A stretch of DNA of 56,069 nucleotides from Gemmatimonadales bacterium (GTDB lineage: Bacteria; Gemmatimonadota; Gemmatimonadetes; Gemmatimonadales; GWC2-71-9), in assembly GCA_025928645.1 (NCBI GenBank), contig JAICJD010000003.1, forward strand, positions 1 through 56,069, written 5' to 3'. This document shows, piece after piece, positions 38,210 to 46,683 of the stretch; the first letter of the stretch is position 1; every line of letters starts with the position of its first letter. The position numbers were made by a program, and so were the translations under genes. The notes under the pieces are model-generated. The model was not told the origin of the DNA. It searched no databases and saw only the letters and a program-made list of their open reading frames with translations.

Positions 38210-38381
38210 CTGTGGCCTCCTTTCCCGAGTAGAGACAGGAGCAAGGACACGAACCTTCCACCCGCGGTACGTACTCACACTGTCGCTAGTCTGATGCCTG
38301 GGGGCACCCCGTCGGCGAATCTTTTCTCCTGACGTTTCGTACTGTAACGCGGCCTCCATGTCCTCAATAGAGGGTAACGCC

Positions 38382-38660
38382 ATGCTTCAGTTGATGTTGA
38401 CCGTAGCCGCCGGCCTCGCCGGCTACCTCATCTCCAAAAACTTCGTCCGCACGCGGCTCCGGTTCGTCGATGCTGTTCAGTCGACCTGGGCCCCGCTAAT
38501 CGCGGGAGCGACGGCATTTGTCTTCGCCTGGCCGACGGTCCTGCTGCCGCTCGTGACCGTCACGCCGGCCGTGCTGTTCGGCATCGGCACCGGGCTCGGC
38601 ACCGCCGCGGGCGCGAGATACATCAGGCGCGACGAATCGCGGCGACGTCTCGCTCCCTGA
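38382..38660 (+). CDS. Small membrane protein
   Basis: GAGGG RBS and hydrophobic segments. Confidence 0.65.
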   Translation: MLQLMLTVAAGLAGYLISKNFVRTRLRFVDAVQSTWAPLIAGATAFVFAWPTVLLPLVTVTPAVLFGIGTGLGTAAGARYIRRDESRRRLAP

Positions 38661-38769
38661 ACGGATTCTAATGCGGTAGGCAAGACTTGCCCGTAGACTG
38701 GATCACACTTTCGGCGCCGTCCCGTAGGCTGGATCACATTTCCTCGGGTACCCGTCTATCTTCCGCGCC

Positions 38770-39015
38770 ATGACGATGGTACACTGTGCCCGCTGTGGAC
38801 TGGATCGAGAGCGGATGGCGTTTCAGCCGTTCCCGAATGAGCTGGGCAAGCGAGTCTACGACGAGATCTGCGGCGTGTGCTGGGGCGAATGGCTCAAGTT
38901 TCAGCAGCAGCTCATCAATCACTACGGCCTGAACCTCCGCGATCCCAAGGCCAAGGAATTTCTCATCCGCAACATGGAGCAGTTCCTGTTCAAGCCCGGG
39001 CAGGTGGGGGCCTGA
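38770..39015 (+). CDS. yggX: Fe(II)-trafficking / oxidative damage protection protein
   Basis: PFPNELGKRVYDEI...WGEW...LINHYGLNL...MEQFLF. Confidence 0.85.
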   Translation: MTMVHCARCGLDRERMAFQPFPNELGKRVYDEICGVCWGEWLKFQQQLINHYGLNLRDPKAKEFLIRNMEQFLFKPGQVGA

Positions 39016-39049
39016 GAGAGGCGGCGAGCCGTCCCGCTCAGCGCTCACC

Positions 39050-40030
39050 CTACCACAGCCCCCTCGCCCCCAGCCGGAACACCAGATCGATCCCAGGCCC
39101 GCTCGGCTCCATGTCCTCGGTAAGCCCGAGCCGCCACTCCGGGCCGCGCTTCGTCGCCAGGATCCACCCGAAATCGAGCGACAGCTCGCGCCGGTCGAGC
39201 GCGGGAATGGTCGTGTCGTGGTAGTACGGGCTGTGAAAGAAGAGGTTCGCGTAAAGCGACTGGCGTCCCCAGAAGCGCCAGCGCAGCCCCGAGCTCGCCG
39301 ACACGAACGTCGTCCGCTGCACGGCGGCAAGATCGCCGTGCTCGGCGGTATATCCCAGGCCAAAGCTTCCTTCGTAGACCAGGGGCCGGGCAAGCGGGGC
39401 GCGCAGCGTGGTCTCGAGCCCCCACCCCACGGCGCCGCGGCCGTAGCCGGCCGGACCGGTCGAGGTGGGGAGCGCCACGGTCGCGATGGCCTGTAGATGC
39501 GGCCCGACGCGCAGGCCGCCCGCCAGGTGCAGATCGCCCAGGTAGAGATCGCTCGCACGCCGCGCGTGGACCGAGCCGTCGGGCAGCGCGAGCTGGTAGA
39601 GAAAGGCGTCGTTCGGTCTGAGCTCGCGGGCCTCGAGCGTGATGCCGAGCAGGCCGTGATACCAGTTGAGGAAGCCGTCGAGGAAACCCGCGTAGCTCCC
39701 CTGCGCCGCCGCGTCCGCCATGACGAACACCGAAGGGCTCAGGTCACGGACGACGCGAAGGCGGAGACGCAGCAGCTCGGCGTCCAGCACGTAATCGGCG
39801 CGAGCCGCCTGGAAGTATTCGACCGCGCTCCCGTAGTCCAGCGCGAGCGCGACGTCCCACCGGCCCGCCCGCGCCGGCCGGTACGGCTCGAATCCGAGCG
39901 GCGTGCGGGAATCGGCGACGGGGTTGATCGGAGCGTACGGCGGAAGCCCCTGCGCGGCCATGTGGCCGCCAAGGAGCGCGAGAACGATCACGAGCAGGCA
40001 GGCCGGCCGAAGGCGCGTCACGAGCGCCAA
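39050..40030 (-). CDS. Putative outer-membrane beta-barrel protein (DUF3187-like)
   Basis: Signal peptide, GFLDGFLNWYHGLLG, GDL...LPT, terminal amphipathic strand. Start uncertain. Confidence 0.65.
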   Translation of the reverse strand: MALVTRLRPACLLVIVLALLGGHMAAQGLPPYAPINPVADSRTPLGFEPYRPARAGRWDVALALDYGSAVEYFQAARADYVLDAELLRLRLRVVRDLSPSVFVMADAAAQGSYAGFLDGFLNWYHGLLGITLEARELRPNDAFLYQLALPDGSVHARRASDLYLGDLHLAGGLRVGPHLQAIATVALPTSTGPAGYGRGAVGWGLETTLRAPLARPLVYEGSFGLGYTAEHGDLAAVQRTTFVSASSGLRWRFWGRQSLYANLFFHSPYYHDTTIPALDRRELSLDFGWILATKRGPEWRLGLTEDMEPSGPGIDLVFRLGARGLW

Positions 40031-40042
40031 AGATAAGCTTGC

Positions 40043-40072
40043 TTGACAAACCCGAGGGCCGCCCGGTACGTT
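40043..40072 (+). promoter_or_regulatory. Sigma70 promoter of the aromatic leader
   Basis: TTGACA at 40043-40048, 18-nt spacer, TACGTT at 40067-40072, 6 nt before the leader ATG. Confidence 0.6.
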
Positions 40073-40078
40073 GGACCC

Positions 40079-40159
40079 ATGCCCCAGTCACGGAACGTGT
40101 GGTTCTTCTACTTTACCAGCCCGGCGCGGCCCGATGGCCGTCCGGAGTCGGTAGCGTAG
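40079..40159 (+). CDS. Attenuator leader peptide MPQSRNVWFFYFTSPARPDGRPESVA
   Basis: Five consecutive aromatic codons (W F F Y F) upstream of a terminator and an aromatic biosynthesis gene. Confidence 0.85.
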   Translation: MPQSRNVWFFYFTSPARPDGRPESVA

Positions 40160-40185
40160 TCGAGCGCCCCCGACCGGACGTCATC

Positions 40186-40217
40186 AAAGCCCCGCCGGAC
40201 CATCCGGCGGGGTTTTT
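40186..40217 (+). terminator. Attenuator terminator
   Basis: CCCCGCCGGA-CCA-TCCGGCGGGG followed by TTTTT. Confidence 0.85.
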
Positions 40218-40241
40218 CGTTGTTCACCTCTGGAGCAGAGC

Positions 40242-41963
40242 ATGCGTGTAGCGATTCAAGGCACCCACGGGTCGTTCAGCCAGGCGGCCGCCCGCCGGCG
40301 CTGGCCGGACCATGAAACGATCCCGTGCCGGGAAGCGGCGGATGTGGTCGCGGCCGTGCGGACGGGCGCGGCGGAGGCCGGCTGCCTGCCGATCGAGAAC
40401 TCGCTGATCGGGTCGGTCACGACCACGTACGATCTGCTCGAGGAGGCCTTCGGCGACGGGACGCTCCGCCTCACGCACGAGATCCTCTACCCGGTGCACC
40501 ACACGATCATGGGACTTCCCGGCGCGAGCCTGGAGGGGATCAGGCGGGTGCTGTCGCACCCCGTCGCGCTGGGCCAGTGCCGGCGTTGGCTGGGCGAGCA
40601 CCTGCCCGACGTGGAGCTGGTGAGCGCGTGGGACACCGCGGGCAGCGCCGAGCTCGTCGCTCAGGAAGGCAATCCGGCGCTTGCCGCCATCGCCGCCCGC
40701 CACGCGGCCGACGCGCACGGCCTGGTCCCGCTCGCCGAGCGGATCGAGGATGACCCGACCAACCAGACCCGCTTCCTGACGTTCACCCGCGCCGACGCGC
40801 CGGCCCTGCCGGCCGGCAGCGCGGGCAGCACGCGCTACAAGACGTCGCTCATCGTGCTGATCGACCACAAGCCCGGCATGCTGGCGCTCACGCTTCAGGC
40901 GTTCGGCGTGCGGGGCGTCAACCTGATGGCGCTGCAGTCCCGGCCCGAGCGGTCGGCGCCCTGGACCTACCGGTTCTACGTCGACATCGACGGATCGGCC
41001 GCGGACCCGCGGGTCGCGGAGGCGCTGGAGGAAGTGGGCGCGCTGGCCGCCCACGTCGTCGTGCTGGGGAGCTACGAGGCCTGGGTCGAAGGGTCGCGGC
41101 TCTCCGCGCCTCCGCCCACGCCGGCGCACCACACCCGGAAGCCGGACATCCCGCTCGTGGACCGGCGGCGGGTGCCCGAGGGCAGCCGGGTGTCGGTCGG
41201 CGCGGTGACGTTCGGCGGTGAGGAGCCGGTCCTGATCGCGGGACCGTGCTCGGTCGAGAGCGAGGCCATGATCCTCGAGACCGCCCGCGCGGTGGCCGAC
41301 GCCGGCGGCGACATGCTGCGCGGCGGCGCCTACAAGCCGCGCACCTCGCCCTACGACTTCCAGGGCCTGGGCGTGAAGGGTCTCCGCTATCTCGCCGACG
41401 CGCGCGAGCGCACCGGGTTGCCGGTCGTGACCGAGGTGCTGAGCTGGGAGGAAGTGGCGGTCGTGGGGCACTTCGCCGACATGCTCCAGATCGGCGCGCG
41501 CAACATGCAGAACTTTACCCTGCTTCGCGCCGCCAGCCGGAGCGGCAAGCCGATCCTGCTCAAGCGCGGCGCGGGCGCCACCATCGAGGAGTGGCTGATG
41601 GCCGCCGAGTACATCCTGGCGGAAGGGAATCCGAACGTCGTCCTGTGCGAGCGCGGCATCCGCACCTTCGAGCGCGCGACCCGGCACACGCTCGACCTCA
41701 ACGCCGTGGCGCTGCTGCTCGAGCGGACCCACCTGCCGGTCATCGTGGATCCCAGCCACGCCGCCGGCGTGCGCTCGCTGGTGACGCCGCTCAGCCTGGG
41801 CTCGCTTGCGGTCGGCGCGTGCGGGCTGATCGTCGAGGTGCATCCGGACCCGGCGAAGGCAATGAGCGACGGCGCGCAGAGCCTCGACATTCCGATGTTC
41901 GCCGAGCTGGCGCGGCAGGTGCATCCCGAGCGACCGGCGCGGGCGCGGGTGGCGCTCGTCTAG
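40242..41963 (+). CDS. Fusion of prephenate dehydratase, ACT domain and type I-beta DAHP synthase
   Basis: PDT motifs QGTHGSFS, PIENS, SHPVALGQC, NQTRF; ACT (HKPGML, LQSRP); DAHPS motifs IAGPCSVE, KPRTSPY, QIGARNMQNF, DPSH, EVHPDP, SDG. Confidence 0.9.
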   Translation: MRVAIQGTHGSFSQAAARRRWPDHETIPCREAADVVAAVRTGAAEAGCLPIENSLIGSVTTTYDLLEEAFGDGTLRLTHEILYPVHHTIMGLPGASLEGIRRVLSHPVALGQCRRWLGEHLPDVELVSAWDTAGSAELVAQEGNPALAAIAARHAADAHGLVPLAERIEDDPTNQTRFLTFTRADAPALPAGSAGSTRYKTSLIVLIDHKPGMLALTLQAFGVRGVNLMALQSRPERSAPWTYRFYVDIDGSAADPRVAEALEEVGALAAHVVVLGSYEAWVEGSRLSAPPPTPAHHTRKPDIPLVDRRRVPEGSRVSVGAVTFGGEEPVLIAGPCSVESEAMILETARAVADAGGDMLRGGAYKPRTSPYDFQGLGVKGLRYLADARERTGLPVVTEVLSWEEVAVVGHFADMLQIGARNMQNFTLLRAASRSGKPILLKRGAGATIEEWLMAAEYILAEGNPNVVLCERGIRTFERATRHTLDLNAVALLLERTHLPVIVDPSHAAGVRSLVTPLSLGSLAVGACGLIVEVHPDPAKAMSDGAQSLDIPMFAELARQVHPERPARARVALV

Positions 41964-42021
41964 GGTCCCGGCCCGGGGGCTCGACGCAACGGGACCGTGA
42001 ACGGCTCGGGAGTTTCCCGGG

Positions 42022-42339
42022 ACGGCACACCGGTGGAGTTCCTGGTCCCTGACAGTTCACCACGGAACCACGGAAAACACGGACAACGGCCACGGAAAAA
42101 AGCCTTTGGTCAACCGCACACCGGCGCGGTCCCTGCTCCACGACCGGCGCCGGTGTGCGGTCACCCCACGTTTCTCTCCGTGCCCTCCGTGCCCTCCGTG
42201 CCTCCGTGGTTCGCTTTCCCCTCAGGCCCCGAACCCCGCCGGTGTGCTGTCACCACCAGCTGTTTCCGTGGCCGTTGTCCGTGTTTTCCGTGGTTCCGTG
42301 GTGAACTGTCAGGGACCAGGGGCCCCACCGGTGTGCCGT
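42022..42339. repeat. Mosaic palindromic repeat array, family A copy 2
   Basis: 77-bp inverted arms at 42022-42098 and 42263-42339 (3 mismatches). Cores at 42025, 42116, 42150, 42239 and 42328. Confidence 0.92.
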
Positions 42340-42359
42340 TCAAACGGGAGCCCGAATGA

Positions 42360-42398
42360 CGAAAGGCGGATCGCCGCTGAGCGACGTTCCGCCTTTCG
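42360..42398. terminator. Hairpin between convergent genes
   Basis: CGAAAGGCGGA/TCCGCCTTTCG stem. Confidence 0.55.
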
Positions 42399-42417
42399 GT
42401 CTTGCCCCGGCAAGCCG

Positions 42418-42684
42418 CTATGGAACCGTGGTTCCCCGCCGGCCGATGAACAGGCGGTAGAGCAGCAGCAGGATCAGCGCCCCGATGATGGAGGCGATGA
42501 TGCCCGGACCCTCACCGGGATTCTGATACCATCCGAGCGACCGCCCCAGGAACCCCGCCAGCAGGGCACCGACGACGCCGATCAGCATGGTGACGATCAC
42601 ACCGCCCGGGTCCTTGCCGGGCATCAGGAACTTCGCAATCGCTCCGACGATCAACCCAATGATCAAGGTCCACAAGAATCCCAT
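42418..42684 (-). CDS. GlsB/YeaQ/YmgE stress-response membrane protein
   Basis: GGAGG RBS; IIGLIVGAIAKFLMPGKDPGG...IIASIIGALILL. Confidence 0.88.
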   Translation of the reverse strand: MGFLWTLIIGLIVGAIAKFLMPGKDPGGVIVTMLIGVVGALLAGFLGRSLGWYQNPGEGPGIIASIIGALILLLLYRLFIGRRGTTVP

Positions 42685-42749
42685 AGTGCCTCCGAGGTGG
42701 GCCGAACCTATAGCCAACTCCTCGAAGAAGCTCTGTGAGGCACAGCACA

Positions 42750-43649
42750 TCAGTCGTCGTGATCGCTCAGCCGCCCGGTGACCGTCTCCCGCTTGTGGTT
42801 GCGCATGATGTCGAGCTTGAACGACTCCCCTTGCTCGTAGCTGCGGAGGATCCGCAACAGGTGGGAGGGGCTGGACGGCTTCCGGCCGTCGACCGCCTGC
42901 ACCACGTCGCCCGCCTTGAGGCCCAGGCTGCCGTCGCGCGGGGCCCGGATCACCAGCACCCCGTCCGTCGTGCCGAAGTACCCGCCCAGATCGGGGTTGA
43001 GCGGTGCCAGCTCCAGGTCACCCAGGGACCCGCCCGACAGGAACTCGAAGTGCCCGCCCGGCCCCATCTCGTCCATGAAATCGCCCACGGGCAGGCGGTC
43101 GCGCGGGCCCGGACCCGAGAACCGCATCATGAACCGGTGCCCGTCCGGACCCTGGGCGAAGGTGTCGGGCTCGTCCTCGGTCACCACGGAGACCGTCCGC
43201 CGGTCCTTGCCCCGGAGGAACTCTATGGCAACCGTATCGTTGGGCTCGAGCCGCGCGGCCAGCTCGATCAGGCGGAGGCCCGGGAGCGACTGGCGCCGGT
43301 CCGCCTGCTGCTCGGCCTCTCCGCCGGACAGCACTGACTTGCCGTCGAGCTTGGTGATGATATCCCCGGAGCGGAGCCCCGCCTTGGCGGCCGGCCCGTT
43401 GGGCGACACCGACTGGACGTAGGCGCCGAGCGAGTCGGTGTCCCGCGCCTGGAGGTTCACCTTGATGCCGAGCCGGGCACGCCGGTTCATCACGATCCGC
43501 ATGAGCCCGTCGGGCCCGTCCACCCGCTGCTCGAACCGATCGGCCCGGAGCGAGTCGTCGTGCGGCCGGCCCTGGGCGGCGAGGACACCGGGGGCGGCGC
43601 CCACCGTCGTCGCGGTCAGCATCGCCATCAGAACAACACCAGATCGCAT
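42750..43649 (-). CDS. Exported tandem-PDZ protein without a protease domain
   Basis: AAGGAG RBS, signal peptide, GPAAKAGLRSGDII and GLKAGDVV. Confidence 0.82.
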   Translation of the reverse strand: MRSGVVLMAMLTATTVGAAPGVLAAQGRPHDDSLRADRFEQRVDGPDGLMRIVMNRRARLGIKVNLQARDTDSLGAYVQSVSPNGPAAKAGLRSGDIITKLDGKSVLSGGEAEQQADRRQSLPGLRLIELAARLEPNDTVAIEFLRGKDRRTVSVVTEDEPDTFAQGPDGHRFMMRFSGPGPRDRLPVGDFMDEMGPGGHFEFLSGGSLGDLELAPLNPDLGGYFGTTDGVLVIRAPRDGSLGLKAGDVVQAVDGRKPSSPSHLLRILRSYEQGESFKLDIMRNHKRETVTGRLSDHDD

Positions 43650-43666
43650 GTCTCGCTCCTTCGGGC

Positions 43667-44269
43667 TTAGAGCCCCACGTTGCTGGCGCGGGTGACGTGG
43701 ACATCCACCAGGGCGTCGAGCAGGCCCACGCGCTCGCGCCACAGCTTGAGCACCTGCTCGTCGCGCGCCTGCTGCGCCAGCAGGTCGGCCATCTCCAGCT
43801 CCCGGTCCACCGTCGCGATCCGGTCCTCCAGCTCCTGGGCGATGCCGGCGGTGCGGCCGTCGAGCACGCGCTGGTCGGGCTGGTAGCGGCTCAAGGCGTT
43901 CTCGAGCGCCTGGGAGCGGGCCATCGCCGCCTGAATCTCCTGCTCGCCGGGATTGGTGGCCGGGTTGCCGCGGGGTCCCAGCGAGACGCCGAGCGCGATG
44001 GACGCGGCCGCCGCCAGCCCGATCAGGCCGGCCGTGCGCTGCCGGCGGTTCCGCCGCTCGACCCGGTACCGGGCCGAGACCTGGGGCCAGCGGTCGCGGC
44101 TCGGGCGCAGGGCGGGAAGGGCCTTGAGCCGGGCGACCCGCTGGTGAAGCCGCTCGAGCTCGGCCCGGCAGCGCGGACAGCCGTCGAGGTGGGCCCGGGC
44201 CGAGGCGTCGCCCGGCTCGAGCCCCGCCTCGCGGAGGCTGAGCAGCGCTTCCACGGTCAGGTGGGTCAT
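43667..44269 (-). CDS. Zinc-binding (ZAS) anti-sigma factor
   Basis: N-terminal H...HLDGCPRC (HxxxCxxC) and one TM. ATGA overlap with the sigma gene. Confidence 0.8.
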   Translation of the reverse strand: MTHLTVEALLSLREAGLEPGDASARAHLDGCPRCRAELERLHQRVARLKALPALRPSRDRWPQVSARYRVERRNRRQRTAGLIGLAAAASIALGVSLGPRGNPATNPGEQEIQAAMARSQALENALSRYQPDQRVLDGRTAGIAQELEDRIATVDRELEMADLLAQQARDEQVLKLWRERVGLLDALVDVHVTRASNVGL

Positions 44270-44820
44270 CCCTCCACCTCCTCGCCGAGCCAGCGGCGCA
44301 GGCGCTGGTGCGCCCGCGCGAGCTGCGACTTCGAGAAGCTCGGCGTCTTGCCCATCATGCCCGCGATCTCGTCGTGGGTGTAGCCTTCGACGTCGTGCAG
44401 CCAGACCACGGCCCGGGAGGTCTCGGAGAGCCGTTCGAGGGCGGCCTCGAGATCCATGCGGAGCGCCGTGTCCTCCCGCCGTTGGCCGACGGCCTCTTCC
44501 TGGAGCTCGTCGGTATCCCGGTACTTGTTCCGCCGGAGACGCATGAGCGCCTTGCTTGCCGCGATGGTCCGCACCCAACCCCAGAGACTCCCCTCCTCAC
44601 GGTAGCGCCCGATGCTGCGGCACACCTCGAAAAAGGTCTCCTGGAGCACGTCCTCGGCGTCTTCGGTGGTTCGGCAGATCCGGCGGGCAAGGTTGTAGAC
44701 GGGCGCCTCGAAGGCCCGGTAGAGCTCTTCGAGGGCATCCTCATCCCCGGCCCGAGCCCGGGCGACCACCGATTCGGCGTTGGCGAGGAGGTACGAATCC
44801 ATTAACTGGGTCCCGGTCAT
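44266..44820 (-). CDS. ECF sigma-70 factor
   Basis: DAEDVLQETF, WGWVRTIA, LHDVEGYTHDEIA...SKSQLARA. Confidence 0.9.
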   Translation of the reverse strand: MTGTQLMDSYLLANAESVVARARAGDEDALEELYRAFEAPVYNLARRICRTTEDAEDVLQETFFEVCRSIGRYREEGSLWGWVRTIAASKALMRLRRNKYRDTDELQEEAVGQRREDTALRMDLEAALERLSETSRAVVWLHDVEGYTHDEIAGMMGKTPSFSKSQLARAHQRLRRWLGEEVEG

Positions 44821-44937
44821 GGCGTTCTGAAAGATGCGGGGGCCAGGGACATGGTCGCAAAGGGGCGCCGGCGGTGAGCCCGTGCTCACATTCGAGATTC
44901 CACTGGAGCCCCGGGATGCGCTCGAGAACCTCGGGCC

Positions 44938-45354
44938 AACCGCACACCGGCGGAGTCCCTGGTCCGCGACAGTTCACCACGGAACCACGGAAAACACGGA
45001 CAACGGCCACGGAATAAAGCCTTTGGTCAACAGCACACCGGCGAGGCCCCCGGTCCGCGGACCTTCACCACGGAGGCACGGAGCGGCCCGGAGGAAAGCA
45101 CGGAGAACAGCAGGTGGTCAACCGCACACCGGTGCGGTCCCTGCTCCACGACCGGCGCCGGTGTGCGGTCACCCCACGTTTCTCTCCGTGGCCGTTCTCC
45201 GTGCCCTCCGTGCCTCCGTGGTTCGCTTTTCCCTCAGGCCCCGAACCCCGCCGGTGTGCTGTCACCCCTCGCCCGTTTCCGTGGCCGTTGTCCGTGTTTT
45301 CCGTGGTTCCGTGGTGAATCCCTGGCAATCCGAACCTCACTGGTATGCCGTCAC
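44938..45354. repeat. Mosaic palindromic repeat array, family A copy 3 (fully nested)
   Basis: Forward cores at 44942, 45033 and 45124; reverse cores at 45158, 45251 and 45340. Two forward and two reverse CACGGA units. Confidence 0.92.
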
Positions 45355-45455
45355 TCCAACCTGCTCCCCGCGCCCTTCGAGATGGCCAATGATACCCGTG
45401 TCGCGCTCTCGGAGCCCGCTTACCGCTCCCCGCGGACCGGGCTATATATCCGCCC

Positions 45456-46580
45456 ATGCCCGAGACCGCCGCACCTCATATCTGGCTGCACCACCTCGAA
45501 GACGAGGCCGATGCGGCTTTCCTCTACCGGGAGCTGGCCCAGGCGGAGCGAGACCCGCACAAGGCCGAGTTGTACCGGAAGCTGGCGTCCGTCGAGGACC
45601 GGCACGTGGAGATGTGGCGGACCCTCCTCGCGGAGAACGGCCACCAGGTCGAGACGCCGGGGCCCTCCCGCGGTGCCAGGCTGCGGGCCTGGATCGCACG
45701 GCGGGTAGGCGCGGGGGTGCTCCTGCCGATGCTGCTCCAGGAAGAGGGCCGCGAGGTCAAGGGCTATCTGAGCCTCTACCAGGAGGCGCCCGACGGGGTG
45801 GTCGGTCCCACGGCCCTGACCCTCGCCAAGGAATCCAAGGAGCACGCCGAGACGCTGGCCTCGATCAGCGGGACGGACGGAGAGCCCTGGCACAAGACCG
45901 GGGCCGGCGGATTCCTCCGCAACGTGGTGTACGGCTTCAACGACGGGCTCACCGCCAACTTCGGCCTGGTGGCCGGGATGCTCGGCGCGCAGGGCGGCGG
46001 TCTGGAGGTGGCGAGTCACGCCGTGGTGGTCGCGGGGCTCGCCGGGATGGCCGCCGACGCGCTCTCGATGGGGTCCTCGGGCTACCTCGCCGCCAAGAGC
46101 GAGCGGGAAGTGTTCGAGCACGAGATCGCGATGGAGAAGGAGGAGATCCGGCTCATGCCCGAGCTGGAACAGGAAGAGCTGAGCCTCATCTACCAGACCA
46201 AGGGCGTGCCGTCCGAGCAGGCCCAGGCGCTGGCCGCGCAGATCATGCAGGACCCCGCCCGCGCGCTGGAGGAGCAGGTCCGCGAGGAGCTCAAGATCGG
46301 CGAAGCGACCACGACTCCCATGCGCGAGGCGTGGATCACCGGCACCGCGACCGCGCTCGGCGCGTTCATCCCCGTGGCGCCGCTGCTGTTCAGCACGGGA
46401 CGGGCCGCGATCTGGGCCTCCTTTCTGCTCGCCATGGTGTCGCACTTCGCGGTGGGCGCCGCCCGCAGCTTCTTCACCGGCCGCGGCGTGATCCGAAGCG
46501 GCATGGACATGTTCCTCGTGGGCCTGGGCGTGGCGGGCATCGGGTACCTGGTCGGCGACTGGATCGTCAAGCTGCTCTGA
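45456..46580 (+). CDS. VIT1/CCC1 iron exporter with N-terminal ferritin/rubrerythrin-like domain
   Basis: ExxH motifs (EDRH, ESKEH), VYGFNDGL, ALSMGSSGYLAAKSE. Confidence 0.88.
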   Translation: MPETAAPHIWLHHLEDEADAAFLYRELAQAERDPHKAELYRKLASVEDRHVEMWRTLLAENGHQVETPGPSRGARLRAWIARRVGAGVLLPMLLQEEGREVKGYLSLYQEAPDGVVGPTALTLAKESKEHAETLASISGTDGEPWHKTGAGGFLRNVVYGFNDGLTANFGLVAGMLGAQGGGLEVASHAVVVAGLAGMAADALSMGSSGYLAAKSEREVFEHEIAMEKEEIRLMPELEQEELSLIYQTKGVPSEQAQALAAQIMQDPARALEEQVREELKIGEATTTPMREAWITGTATALGAFIPVAPLLFSTGRAAIWASFLLAMVSHFAVGAARSFFTGRGVIRSGMDMFLVGLGVAGIGYLVGDWIVKLL

Positions 46581-46596
46581 TCACACGAGCGCGCCG

Positions 46597-46672
46597 CCCG
46601 AGCGCGGCGCGGGACCTCGGCCGGAAGGGCTCGAACCACGCCGAACACGTGCCTCGCTGCGCTCGGGATGAA
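46597..46672. repeat. REP-like hairpin, family B copy 3 (opposite orientation)
   Basis: CCCGAGCGCGGCGCGGGACC ... CCTCGCTGCGCTCGGGATGAA. The loop GGCTCGAAC is the reverse complement of the copy 2 loop. Confidence 0.8.
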
Positions 46673-46683
46673 GGGATGCCTAC

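Noticed and set aside
44938-45354. Family A arrays as CRISPR
   Set aside because: The conserved core is only about 9 nt, the intervening sequences are mutually homologous, the orientation flips mid-array, and no cas genes are present.
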